Positions 54,387-64,000 of a stretch of 64,000 nucleotides of DNA are shown one piece after another. Origin of the DNA: Escherichia coli (GTDB lineage: Bacteria > Pseudomonadota > Gammaproteobacteria > Enterobacterales > Enterobacteriaceae); the NCBI RefSeq assembly GCF_036507355.1, contig NZ_AP027877.1. One strand, 5' to 3'. The translations under genes were made by a program, and so were the position numbers. The notes beneath the pieces were generated by a model. That model saw only the letters and a list, made by a program, of their open reading frames with translations, searched no databases and was not told where the DNA came from. Every line of letters starts with the position of its first letter. Within the stretch, counting starts at the first letter, position 1.

Positions 54387-55199
54387 CTAGACACTTCCGA
54401 GCCGTTGATAATACTGGTTTTCATATTCTGTCGGTGACATCTGATCGCTGGAACCATGCCGACGCTTACTGTTATAAAACATTTCGATGTAATCAAAAAT
54501 ATCGCTGCGGGCTTCTTCCCGCGTTCCGTAGATCTTTTTCTTTATCCGTTCGCGTTTCAACAACTGGAAAAAGCTTTCTGCAACCGCATTATCATGGCAG
54601 TTACCGCGACGGCTCATGCTGCCATCCAGGCCGTGTGATTTCAGGAACGACTGCCACTCATGGCTTGTGTACTGACTGCCCTGATCCGAATGAACCAGCA
54701 CCTGTTTTTGGGGATTACGGCGCCATACAGCCATCAGCAGTGCGTTCAGGACAATGTCCTTTGTCATCCGGGATTGCATGGACCAGCCGATAATTTTGCG
54801 TGAGAACAGATCAACAACCACGGCAAGATACAGCCAGCCTTCGTGGGTCCTGATGTAGGTTATGTCCGTTACCCAACGCTTATCCGGAGCATCCGGATTG
54901 AACTGTCGCTGGAGCCTGTTGGGCGACACGATACTGGCCTCGCCTTTACGTGCCCGCGGGCTCCGGTATCCGACCTGAGCCTTTATCCCGACACGTTTCA
55001 TCAGTCGCCAGACTCTGTTCACTCCGCACTGTTGCCCGCTGTCCCGCAGATCCAGATGGATTTTGCGATAACCATAGACGCATCCCGATTCCAGCCAGAA
55101 CTGTTTAATCTGCCCTGTCAGCCTCAGGTCTGCCTGATGGCGTTGTGAATGCGGCTGCTGAAGCCAGGCGTAAAAACCACTGGGATGAACATCCAGCAC
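54387..55199 (-). CDS. IS3-family transposase OrfB
   Basis: 270-aa ORF with DDE integrase core (…HSDQGSQYTS…, …GNCHDNAVAESFF…). Confidence 0.85.
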   Translation of the reverse strand: MLDVHPSGFYAWLQQPHSQRHQADLRLTGQIKQFWLESGCVYGYRKIHLDLRDSGQQCGVNRVWRLMKRVGIKAQVGYRSPRARKGEASIVSPNRLQRQFNPDAPDKRWVTDITYIRTHEGWLYLAVVVDLFSRKIIGWSMQSRMTKDIVLNALLMAVWRRNPQKQVLVHSDQGSQYTSHEWQSFLKSHGLDGSMSRRGNCHDNAVAESFFQLLKRERIKKKIYGTREEARSDIFDYIEMFYNSKRRHGSSDQMSPTEYENQYYQRLGSV

Positions 55200-55255
55200 C
55201 CGACAGAGCAGGCGAACAGGCCAGCAACAGGTGTTGTCACGGATAAAGGCGTACC

Positions 55256-55540
55256 TCAGTCGGACAGCTTTGCGAAGTACGCCGCGGCTTTTTTTAATAT
55301 GTCCCGTTCGTCGGTAACCCGCTTCAGCTCTTTCTGGAGACGGCGGATCTCGGCCTGAGCATCTGACTGTTCTTTATTAGCGGAAGAATCCGGACCGTAC
55401 TTCTTTATCCAGGCGTAAAGGCTGTGGGTGGTGATATCGAGACGTGTTGCAACGCTGGCAACAGAATAACCGCGATCAACAACCTGTTTGACTGCTTCAA
55501 TTTTAAACTCTTCGGGATAACGCTTACCGCTCATGGGCAC
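55256..55540 (-). CDS. IS3-family transposase OrfA
   Basis: 94-aa HTH ORF ending at the slippery heptamer. Confidence 0.85.
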   Translation of the reverse strand: MPMSGKRYPEEFKIEAVKQVVDRGYSVASVATRLDITTHSLYAWIKKYGPDSSANKEQSDAQAEIRRLQKELKRVTDERDILKKAAAYFAKLSD

Positions 55541-55760
55541 CTCTCTTTAAGCCATCTTAAATGACTCTGAGGTGTCTGTTAAACCCGTGGCGATTCATAA
55601 TTGATCATGGGTTGTCAGTTAAACTCGTGGCGATTTAAATAGACTAATTGGGAGTGCGTCCATTACTTATATCTTGTAATGTTAACTATCAGAAATTCTT
55701 GTAATGTTAACTATCAGAAATGATACAAAGATAATATGTCTTTAAAGAAAAGGCTGATGG

Positions 55761-55785
55761 CGAAAAGTGGCCCGATGAGGGCCAC
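55761..55785 (-). terminator. intrinsic terminator of flxA
   Basis: On the minus strand: hairpin GTGGCCC-TCATC-GGGCCAC followed by TTTTC. Confidence 0.7.
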
Positions 55786-55799
55786 AATACGGCTGTCAC

Positions 55800-56132
55800 T
55801 TAGACGTAAATATCAATGGTGCCAGCGGTATTTGTATCGTCTTTTTTCTCTTCTTTTTTATCAGGCTGAACTGTCGCGTCTTCATTCTTTTTCTCTGCCT
55901 GCTGCCTTAACAACTGCTCCAGTTGAGCCCAGAGGCTTTCAATTTGCTTCTGTACCAATGCAGCCATTTCTTTTTTCTGCTGTGTCGTCATCCCCTCTTC
56001 CGATGAGATTTTCCCAAGCTTTTCAGTCAGCACCTGAATTTGTCTTGTGATTTTGGCTATTTCTGATGTTCCTTCCGGGGCGGAGTTGTTTGAAATAACG
56101 GTTGAGGTATTTCCCTGAATTGTGACAGACAT
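55800..56132 (-). CDS. flxA: FliA-regulated prophage protein FlxA
   Basis: 110-aa ORF recognised as FlxA; preceded by a sigma28-type promoter and a GGAG ribosome-binding site. Confidence 0.8.
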   Translation of the reverse strand: MSVTIQGNTSTVISNNSAPEGTSEIAKITRQIQVLTEKLGKISSEEGMTTQQKKEMAALVQKQIESLWAQLEQLLRQQAEKKNEDATVQPDKKEEKKDDTNTAGTIDIYV

Positions 56133-56155
56133 AGATTTCTCCTTTTAAAAAAGCA

Positions 56156-56182
56156 CTATCGGCATGCACAAAAAAATCTTTA
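56156..56182 (-). promoter_or_regulatory. sigma28 (FliA) promoter of flxA
   Basis: Minus strand reads TAAAGATT-N11-GCCGATAG, matching consensus TAAAGTTT-N11-GCCGATAA, about 25 nt upstream of the flxA start. Confidence 0.75.
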
Positions 56183-56334
56183 ATCGTATTTCTTGTGTCA
56201 TTAATTGTTTGATGTTCAGATTGTTTTCCTCGCGGGCTGGCGCGCCTCAGAAAGTAAAGCTTGTTGACAGGGGTAAACGTTCGGCAATAATTTTCTGCCG
56301 CATGCGGGTGTTGCATAAAACGTGTTACGTTCCT

Positions 56335-56640
56335 TTATCGACAGGTCAGGTCACCGCTCACCCGCCGACGAGAAAGCAACACTGACATGCTAAAGCAAAA
56401 AATAGATGAATAAGTTGAGTTGTGCATATGTAGCCTGACCGTCACAAAGTATATGGTGTCTGTACCAGTAAGATGATGGCCGGACTCTTTAAAAACGAGC
56501 TGACCTGCACAATACAGGATGGACTTAGCAATGGCTGCTCCTGGCACAAAGCGGACAGTGATCACCGTTCTTACGACTACTTTCTGACTTCCTTCGTGAC
56601 TTGCCCTAAGCATGTTGTAGTGCGATACTTGTAATGACAT
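56335..56640 (-). CDS. ydfV: prophage protein of unknown function (YdfV-like)
   Basis: 101-aa ORF between flxA and relB; identity rests on size and position only. Confidence 0.4.
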   Translation of the reverse strand: MSLQVSHYNMLRASHEGSQKVVVRTVITVRFVPGAAIAKSILYCAGQLVFKESGHHLTGTDTIYFVTVRLHMHNSTYSSIFCFSMSVLLSRRRVSGDLTCR

Positions 56641-56653
56641 TTGTAATTACAAG
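56628..56653. promoter_or_regulatory. relBE operator (inverted TTGTAAT repeats)
   Basis: cttgtaatgacatttgtaattacaag about 12 bp upstream of the relB ATG. Confidence 0.7.
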
Positions 56654-56664
56654 AGGTGTAAGAC

Positions 56665-56904
56665 ATGGGTAGCATTAACCTGCGTATTGACGATGAACTT
56701 AAAGCGCGTTCTTACGCCGCGCTTGAAAAAATGGGTGTAACTCCTTCTGAAGCGCTTCGTCTCATGCTCGAGTATATCGCTGACAATGAACGCTTGCCGT
56801 TCAAACAGACACTCCTGAGTGATGAAGATGCTGAACTTGTGGAGATAGTGAAAGAACGGCTTCGTAATCCTAAGCCAGTACGTGTGACGCTGGATGAACT
56901 CTGA
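56665..56904 (+). CDS. relB: RelB antitoxin
   Basis: 79-aa ORF recognised as RelB; stop overlaps the relE start. Confidence 0.92.
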   Translation: MGSINLRIDDELKARSYAALEKMGVTPSEALRLMLEYIADNERLPFKQTLLSDEDAELVEIVKERLRNPKPVRVTLDEL

Positions 56905-57191
56905 TGGCGTATTTTCTGGATTTTGACGAGCGGGCACTAAAGGAATGGCGAAAGCTGGGCTCGACGGTACGTGAACAGTTGAAAAAGAAGCTGGTTGAAG
57001 TACTTGAGTCACCCCGGATTGAAGCAAACAAGCTCCGTGGTATGCCTGATTGTTACAAGATTAAGCTCCGGTCTTCAGGCTATCGCCTTGTATACCAGGT
57101 TATAGACGAGAAAGTTGTCGTTTTCGTGATTTCTGTTGGGAAAAGAGAACGCTCGGAAGTATATAGCGAGGCGGTCAAACGCATTCTCTGA
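56904..57191 (+). CDS. relE: RelE mRNA interferase toxin
   Basis: 95-aa ORF recognised as RelE. Confidence 0.92.
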   Translation: MAYFLDFDERALKEWRKLGSTVREQLKKKLVEVLESPRIEANKLRGMPDCYKIKLRSSGYRLVYQVIDEKVVVFVISVGKRERSEVYSEAVKRIL

Positions 57192-57250
57192 ACCAAAGCT
57201 TCGCACCGAAGGTGACACTTCTGCTTTGCGTTGACAGGAGAAGCAGGCTA

Positions 57251-57406
57251 TGAAGCAGCAAAAGGCGATGTTAATCGCCCTGATCGTCATCTGTTTAACC
57301 GTCATAGTGACGGCACTGGTAACGAGGAAAGACCTCTGCGAGGTACGAATCCGAACCGGCCAGACGGAGGTCGCTGTCTTCACAGCTTACGAACCTGAGG
57401 AGTAAG
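57251..57406 (+). CDS. hokD: Hok-family type I toxin (HokD/RelF)
   Basis: 51-aa ORF MKQQKAMLIALIVICLTVIVTALVTRKDLCEVRIRTGQTEVAVFTAYEPEE translated by hand from the sequence (below the ORF-track size cutoff). Confidence 0.85.
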
Positions 57407-57471
57407 AGACCCGGCGGGGGAGAAATCCCTCGCCACCTCTGATGTGGCAGGCATCCTCAACGCACCCGCAC

Positions 57472-57500
57472 TTAACCCGCTTCGGCGGGTTTTTGTTTTT
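57472..57500 (+). terminator. intrinsic terminator after hokD
   Basis: aacccgc-ttcg-gcgggtt followed by TTTTGTTTTT. Confidence 0.7.
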
Positions 57501-57621
57501 ATTTTCAACGCGTTTGAAGTTCTGGACGGTGCCGGAATAGAATCAAAAATACTTAAGTAGCGCGCAGGGATAAGAGGGATGGTCCCTTAAAGGGGAGAGC
57601 TAATTATCCGGAAGGATTCTG

Positions 57622-57873
57622 ATGATGAACATCGAAGAACTGCGTAAAATTTTTTGTGAAGATGGCCTCTATGCTGTGTGCGTTGAAAATGGAAATCTTG
57701 TTAGTCATTACCGCATTATGTGTTTGCGAAAGAATGGGGCTGCGTTAATTAATTTTGTGGATGCTCGGGTCACGGACGGATTTATCTTGCGCGAAGGTGA
57801 GTTTGTCACTTCATTACAGGCATTGAAAGAGATCGGAATAAAAGCTGGCTTTTCTGCTTTTTCAGGAGAATAA
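57622..57873 (+). CDS. rem: prophage protein Rem
   Basis: 83-aa ORF at the position of rem in Qin-type prophages. Confidence 0.6.
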   Translation: MMNIEELRKIFCEDGLYAVCVENGNLVSHYRIMCLRKNGAALINFVDARVTDGFILREGEFVTSLQALKEIGIKAGFSAFSGE

Positions 57874-58180
57874 ACTCATCTACAATCTTGCGCGGGGCTG
57901 AACTCCCGCTGAGTAACACCGTGCCACCGGAGAAAACCGATGGCACGCAACGCAAAATATTACAATTCTGATAATTCGCCCGTTCTTGCCTGCACGCACG
58001 GGCGGTATTCTCACGCATTCAAGTCTGAATGGTTCCAGCACCCTCCATGCACTGCAGAACAGGCCGAATGGCTGATTCATTCTTACCGCAGGCGCGGGTT
58101 CGAGGTTAAGAAAGCTCTCAGTCTCGACTATCGGCACTGGATAATCTCTGTCAGGCTGCCTTATTCCGAACGCCCACCAC

Positions 58181-59269
58181 GTGCGTCCCGCACTTTCCAG
58201 CAACGGATCTGGAGGTAACGTGCGGGTATTACTTAGACCTGTTCTGGTGCCTGAGCTTGGGCTGGTGGTCCTTAAGCCGGGCCGTGAATCCATACAGATA
58301 TTTCATAATCCTCGAGTGCTGGTGGAACCGGAACCAAAAAGCATGCGTAATCTGCCATCCGGAGTCGTTCCTGCCGTTCGCCAGCCGCTGGCGGAAGACA
58401 AAACATTGCTGCCGTTTTTTAGTAACGAACGGGTGATTCGTGCTGCTGGCGGCGTTGGCGCATTGTCCGACTGGCTATTACGTCATGTTACATCCTGCCA
58501 GTGGCCTAATGGCGATTACCATCACACTGAAACAGTCATTCACCGTTATGGTACCGGCGCAATGGTGTTGTGCTGGCACTGCGACAACCAACTGCGTGAC
58601 CAGACATCGGAATCACTGGAGCTGCTTGCTCAACAAAATCTGACAGCATGGGTGATTGACGTCATCCGTCACGCAATAAGCGGTACGCAGGAGCGGGAAT
58701 TATCTTTGGCTGAATTATCCTGGTGGGCGGTCTGCAATCAGGTGGTGGATGCACTACCTGAGGCTGTATCGCGTCGTTCGCTGGGATTACCAGCGGAAAA
58801 AATCTGCTCGGTGTACCGCGAAAGCGACATCGTACCGGGAGAGCAGACCGCCACCAGCATATTGAAACAACGCACAAAAAATCTTGCACCGTTGCCTTAC
58901 GCCCACCAGCAACAAAAATCACCACAGGAAAAGACGGTGGTAAGCATCACCGTTGATCCAGAGTCTCCGGAATCTTTCATGAAGCTGCCTAAACGTCGCC
59001 GCTGGGTTAAGGAGAAATACACACGTTGGGTTAAGACACAGCCGTGTGCTTGCTGCGGTATGCCAGCCGACGATCCGCATCATCTGATTGGTCACGGGCA
59101 GGGCGGAATGGGAACAAAAGCACATGATCTCTTTGTGTTGCCTTTGTGCAGAAAGCATCACAACGAGCTGCATACGGATACAGTGGCATTTGAAGATAAG
59201 TATGGCTCCCAACTGGAGCTGATATTTCGTTTTATCGATCGCGCGCTGGCAATTGGCGTACTGGCGTAA
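58181..59269 (+). CDS. ydfU: DUF968-family prophage protein YdfU
   Basis: 362-aa ORF upstream of and overlapping the Q antiterminator gene; true start may be internal. Confidence 0.65.
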   Translation: MRPALSSNGSGGNVRVLLRPVLVPELGLVVLKPGRESIQIFHNPRVLVEPEPKSMRNLPSGVVPAVRQPLAEDKTLLPFFSNERVIRAAGGVGALSDWLLRHVTSCQWPNGDYHHTETVIHRYGTGAMVLCWHCDNQLRDQTSESLELLAQQNLTAWVIDVIRHAISGTQERELSLAELSWWAVCNQVVDALPEAVSRRSLGLPAEKICSVYRESDIVPGEQTATSILKQRTKNLAPLPYAHQQQKSPQEKTVVSITVDPESPESFMKLPKRRRWVKEKYTRWVKTQPCACCGMPADDPHHLIGHGQGGMGTKAHDLFVLPLCRKHHNELHTDTVAFEDKYGSQLELIFRFIDRALAIGVLA

Positions 59270-59282
59270 GTGGAGAACGAGC

Positions 59283-60035
59283 ATGAACCTTGAAGCCTTA
59301 CCAAAATATTACTCCCCAAAATCTCCAAAATTGAGCGATGACGCTCCAGCGACAGGCACCGGTTGTTTAACAATTACGGATGTAATGGCAGCGCAGGGGA
59401 TGGTGCAGTCGAAAGCACCACTTGGGTTGGCCTTATTTCTGGCAAAAGTTGGTGTTCAGGACCCTCAGTTTGCGATTGAAGGCCTGCTAAATTACGCGAT
59501 GGCACTGGATAACCCGACATTGAACAAATTGAGTGAAGAAATCCGGTTACAGATTATTCCTTACCTCGTGAGTTTTGCCTTTGCTGATTACTCCAGGTCT
59601 GCGGCAAGTAAGGCTCGCTGTGAGCATTGTTCAGGTACGGGATTTTATAATGTATTGCGCGAAGTGGTGAAACACTACAGACGCGGGGAATCTGTAATCA
59701 AGGAAGAATGGGTGAAGGAACTATGTCAGCATTGCCATGGTAAGGGCGAAGCCAGCACAGCGTGCAGAGGGTGTAAGGGTAAAGGGATTGTTCTGGATGA
59801 AAAAAGAACCCGGTTTCATGGCGTACCGGTATATAAGATTTGTGGGCGTTGTAATGGAAACCGGTTTAGTCGTTTACCGACCACGCTGGCACGACATCAT
59901 GTCCAGAAGCTGGTACCAGACCTGACCGATTATCAGTGGTATAAGGGGTATGCGGACGTCATTGGTAAACTGGTAACAAAGTGCTGGCAGGAAGAAGCAT
60001 ACGCGGAAGCGCAATTGAGGAAGGTGACGAGATAA
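59283..60035 (+). CDS. quuQ: lambdoid late-gene antiterminator Q
   Basis: 250 aa from MNLEALPKYY; zinc-finger cysteines (CxxC...CxxC) typical of Q proteins. Confidence 0.8.
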   Translation: MNLEALPKYYSPKSPKLSDDAPATGTGCLTITDVMAAQGMVQSKAPLGLALFLAKVGVQDPQFAIEGLLNYAMALDNPTLNKLSEEIRLQIIPYLVSFAFADYSRSAASKARCEHCSGTGFYNVLREVVKHYRRGESVIKEEWVKELCQHCHGKGEASTACRGCKGKGIVLDEKRTRFHGVPVYKICGRCNGNRFSRLPTTLARHHVQKLVPDLTDYQWYKGYADVIGKLVTKCWQEEAYAEAQLRKVTR

Positions 60036-60141
60036 ATGATTTTTGCTGAAGATGGCGACATGATGTTTGCATTTTTCAAAAAATATGGATAAAATTTTTT
60101 CAACGATGGGCTTTGTATACCCGACGTTAAGAAAAAGTAGA

Positions 60142-60164
60142 AAACCCGCTGATGAGCGGGTTTT
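60142..60164. terminator. hairpin downstream of the Q gene (tR'-like or bidirectional)
   Basis: aaacccgct-gatg-agcgggttt flanked by an A-run and a T-run. Confidence 0.55.
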
Positions 60165-60456
60165 GTGCTTTAAATGGGGCAATGGTAATGTTGAATCTCA
60201 TCCCGGGACTCATGTCTGTTAACTTATTATTTAGCTGGTGACTTGGTTATTTGCCTGATGTTTAAAATGTTTTCTTCCAGTACAATGTCCCTAAACACAA
60301 TGAGTCTGCTTATTATATTATTAGCAGAGCTATTACGGCCAAAGTACAGCATAAGCTTTTAAAGCCAATCAACCAGTCATCAAGACAGACGGGGTTATTC
60401 ATAAAAACTCTCCATGTGTGATCCGATGGGGCCTGAAATTAAAGCTTTAATATAGC

Positions 60457-60669
60457 TCATGAAAGGTAAACATTGGCAGCTGAAGGGCCACGCAGACCAT
60501 TTATCCGGCAAAATTCCACGCGTAATCCGGTGGTAATTTCTTCTGCATCGCGGAGATTGAGCGGTGAAACATGAAGCTGGACATCGATACGACCATCGGA
60601 TGGGGTGATAAGACCCTTGCCGCTTTTGCCGTCAAAGGTTTTGACAATTCCTGTCATTTTACGGGACAA
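60457..60669 (-). CDS. cspF: cold-shock-domain protein CspF
   Basis: 70-aa CspA-family ORF. Confidence 0.88.
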   Translation of the reverse strand: MSRKMTGIVKTFDGKSGKGLITPSDGRIDVQLHVSPLNLRDAEEITTGLRVEFCRINGLRGPSAANVYLS

Positions 60670-60969
60670 AAAAATTCCTTAATACTGATAACTTGGCGCA
60701 CTATACACACGTTCCTGAAGAAAGCTATAGTTTTTTGATGGGGTTGAAGATGGCTGGATGTCTAAAATAAACATTGCTTCATATGTTCAACTATGCGTTA
60801 ATGATTGCGTCGGTTTGAAGAACAGACGATATACGAAGTAGTTTACTAAAGCAGTTCTCATTTCAGGTGTTATTCACTTATTCCTTCTTTGAGTCTCTCC
60901 AATTAAGTACGAAGTCGTTTCTGTTATGCAAACCATTTATGCCGAAAGGCTCAAGTTAAGGAATGTAGA

Positions 60970-61185
60970 ATGTCAAATAAAATGACTGGTTTAGTAAAAT
61001 GGTTTAACGCTGATAAAGGTTTCGGCTTTATTTCTCCTGTTGATGGTAGTAAAGATGTGTTTGTGCATTTTTCTGCGATTCAGAATGATAATTATCGAAC
61101 CTTATTTGAAGGTCAAAAGGTTACCTTCTCTATAGAGAGTGGTGCTAAAGGTCCTGCAGCAGCAAATGTCATCATTACTGATTAA
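60970..61185 (+). CDS. cspB: cold shock protein CspB
   Basis: 71-aa ORF with RNP1-like KGFGFI motif; long upstream leader. Confidence 0.92.
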   Translation: MSNKMTGLVKWFNADKGFGFISPVDGSKDVFVHFSAIQNDNYRTLFEGQKVTFSIESGAKGPAAANVIITD

Positions 61186-61466
61186 AATTCATCGCTCGTC
61201 TGTATACGATAACGAAGAAGGCTGATGCCTGAGTAGAGATACGGACAGAGTAGTGAATATTGGATCTCTTTAATAAAAAGTAAGGAGGTCCAATACATGA
61301 AACAATGGCTAGCATATTTGGCAAAATCTTAATCAGGAAAAGTATGCTAACCATTGTGGTGAAGTGCAGGTTTGCTGCATGAATAGTTTTACAGCAGAAG
61401 CTAACTGCTGGCATGGCAAAACAAAGTGCGTAAGTGGATGACTCCCACAAAAAGCACCACAATCTC

Positions 61467-61490
61467 AAACCCGCTCAGGCGGGTTTTTTA
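61467..61490 (+). terminator. intrinsic terminator downstream of cspB
   Basis: aaacccgc-tcag-gcgggttt followed by a T-run. Confidence 0.6.
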
Positions 61491-61548
61491 TTATCTGCTT
61501 TAAATATATTATTAAAATATAAAAAATACTTGTTACTAATAAAATCAA

Positions 61549-61770
61549 TCAGGCTACAGCTTTAAGATTTGTCTGGAATACTTTGTTGCAATGAGGGCAG
61601 ATCAAAAGGGCACCTTTTTGTACTCTTGAAAAACTGTGTTCTGACTCTTGGGTGCAGTTTGGGCAGGAACATTTAACGAGATAATTACGGCGTGATTTTG
61701 AGTTTTTACGTTCTGACATAGGCTTTTCCTGTATAAATGGCCGTATACAGTACACTAAATATGAAAACAT
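61549..61770 (-). CDS. small zinc-ribbon-like prophage ORF
   Basis: 73-aa ORF with two CxxC pairs (CSCPNC ... CPHC); function unknown. Confidence 0.4.
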   Translation of the reverse strand: MFSYLVYCIRPFIQEKPMSERKNSKSRRNYLVKCSCPNCTQESEHSFSRVQKGALLICPHCNKVFQTNLKAVA

Positions 61771-61938
61771 TTCTCGTATTATTATTTTATATATGACTTT
61801 CTTTCAAAATAATTACCCACATTTTTAATGTGTATGTTTTTTTAGCGCCGTTGAGAACAACGTGTGCTGTCAAAACTACCCCGTAGACTCCGATCTTTTC
61901 AAACATATTGCACCATCCGTGTACATCGGGGTGAGGAT

Positions 61939-62154
61939 ATGAAATCAATGGATAAGTTAACAACAGGTGTTGCATATGGCACATCGGCGGGTAATGCTGG
62001 TTTCTGGGCATTGCAGTTACTCGATAAAGTAACTCCGTCACAGTGGGCTGCAATCGGTGTGCTGGGTAGCCTGGTTTTTGGCCTGCTGACGTATCTGACA
62101 AATCTTTATTTCAAGATTAAAGAAGACAGGCGTAAGGCTGCGAGAGGAGAGTAA
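61939..62154 (+). CDS. essQ: phage 21 S-type pinholin with dual-start motif
   Basis: 71 aa from [18 protein letters not shown]...; close to phage 21 S21 in sequence; two closely spaced Met codons (MKSMDK) typical of holin/antiholin. Confidence 0.85.
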   Translation: MKSMDKLTTGVAYGTSAGNAGFWALQLLDKVTPSQWAAIGVLGSLVFGLLTYLTNLYFKIKEDRRKAARGE

Positions 62155-62158
62155 TCCA

Positions 62159-62466
62159 ATGACTCAAGACTATGAACTGGTTGTGAAAGGAGTCCGTAAT
62201 TTTGAGAATAAAGTTACGGTAACTGTAGCCTTACAGGACAAAGAACGCTTTGACGGTGAAATTTTTGACCTGGATGTCGCCATGGACCGTGTTGAAGGAG
62301 CTGCGCTGGAGTTTTATGAGGCAGCAGCCAGAAGGAGCGTCCGGCAAGTCTTCCTGGAAGTAGCAGAAAAATTGTCAGAAAAAGTTGAGTCTTATCTGCA
62401 GCATCAGTACTCCTTTAAGATTGAAAATCCTGCCAATAAGCACGAGCGTCCTCATCATAAATATCT

Positions 62467-62470
<4 letters not shown>
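62159..62470 (+). CDS. ydfR: prophage protein YdfR
   Basis: 103-aa ORF between the holin and endolysin genes. Confidence 0.6.
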
Positions 62471-63494
<1,024 letters not shown>

Positions 63495-63856
63495 GGTAAT
63501 ATTAAATCGGAACATTTACATCGCGGAATGTAAAATTTAAATAAAAAGGACTCTTCCATGAGCCAAAATTCCTGAAATCTTAAGGGTAAGATAAAAGGTC
63601 TTAATCAGAATGACACGTTTTATTAATAAATAAAGCTATTCTTTCATTGCTGTGTTTTTCTTTACAAAAGTAATCCTTGCTATGGGTGGTTAATCATGCG
63701 TTAATGGTGTTCTGGTTTGTTACAAATTTATCTGAAGCAGTCATTGTTATAATTTTATTATTTGTACCTCTTGAGATTTCCTTGTTGGTTTTTCTCTCTG
63801 ATATTTTTTTTCGGACCATTCTGCCCAAGGGCTAATTTCTTCAAAAGGTAATAATT

Positions 63857-64000
63857 ATGTCTAACAAAATGACTGGTTTAGTGAAATGGTTTAACCCTGA
63901 AAAAGGTTTTGGTTTCATCACGCCGAAAGATGGCAGCAAAGATGTGTTTGTCCATTTCTCAGCAATTCAGAGCAACGATTTCAAAACATTAACTGAGAAT
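63857..64000 (+). CDS. cspI: cold shock protein CspI (5' part; truncated by the window end)
   Basis: [48 protein letters not shown]...; the window ends inside the gene. Confidence 0.85.
   Translation, partial: MSNKMTGLVKWFNPEKGFGFITPKDGSKDVFVHFSAIQSNDFKTLTEN

Larger units (their letters stand above)
54369..55602 (-). mobile_element. second IS3-family insertion sequence (not IS600; exact name unresolved)
   Basis: Terminal repeats beginning TGAATCGCCACGG at both ends; orfA/orfB pair with A7 slippery site (plus strand T7 at 55289..55295); no matching target-site duplication found. Confidence 0.75.

Noticed and set aside
51428-55800. A novel defence or accessory island between rspB and flxA
   Set aside because: The interval is fully explained by two IS3-family elements plus degraded prophage fragments; no intact non-IS ORF over 100 aa and no defence-system domain is present.

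Overview
This window reads as an ordinary, well-known stretch of Escherichia coli / Shigella chromosome, in reverse orientation relative to the K-12 map as I recall it; I found no evidence of a previously undescribed system. From 1 to about 51.4 kb it is core chromosome in conserved order: ydgJ, add, malY, malX, malI, hdhA, uidR, uidA, uidB, uidC, ydgA, manA, fumA, fumC, tus (with a Ter site in its promoter), rstB, rstA, ydgC, folM, ydgI, ydgH, pntAB, tqsA, mdtJI, ydgD, asr, ynfM, ynfL, mlc, ynfK, clcB, dmsD, ynfHGFE, ynfD, ynfC, speG, ynfB, ynfA, rspAB. From about 51.4 kb to the end it is a decayed Qin-like lambdoid prophage. The prophage part starts with an IS600 copy 3 bp after rspB, then about 1.7 kb of fragmented ORFs, a second IS3-family element, flxA, relB-relE-hokD, rem, ydfU, antiterminator Q, cspF/cspB, an apparently intact lysis cassette (pinholin, SAR endolysin, Rz/Rz1) and the start of cspI. 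The most notable observations are four inactivating lesions in otherwise conserved genes: 1-bp deletions in malX and uidC, and in-frame amber (TAG) codons in uidA and ynfA. Together with IS600 this suggests a non-K-12, Shigella-like or decaying lineage, though sequencing error cannot be excluded for the two frameshifts. No rRNA, tRNA or CRISPR array was seen. All gene calls rest on reading the supplied ORF translations against remembered protein families; no database search was run.
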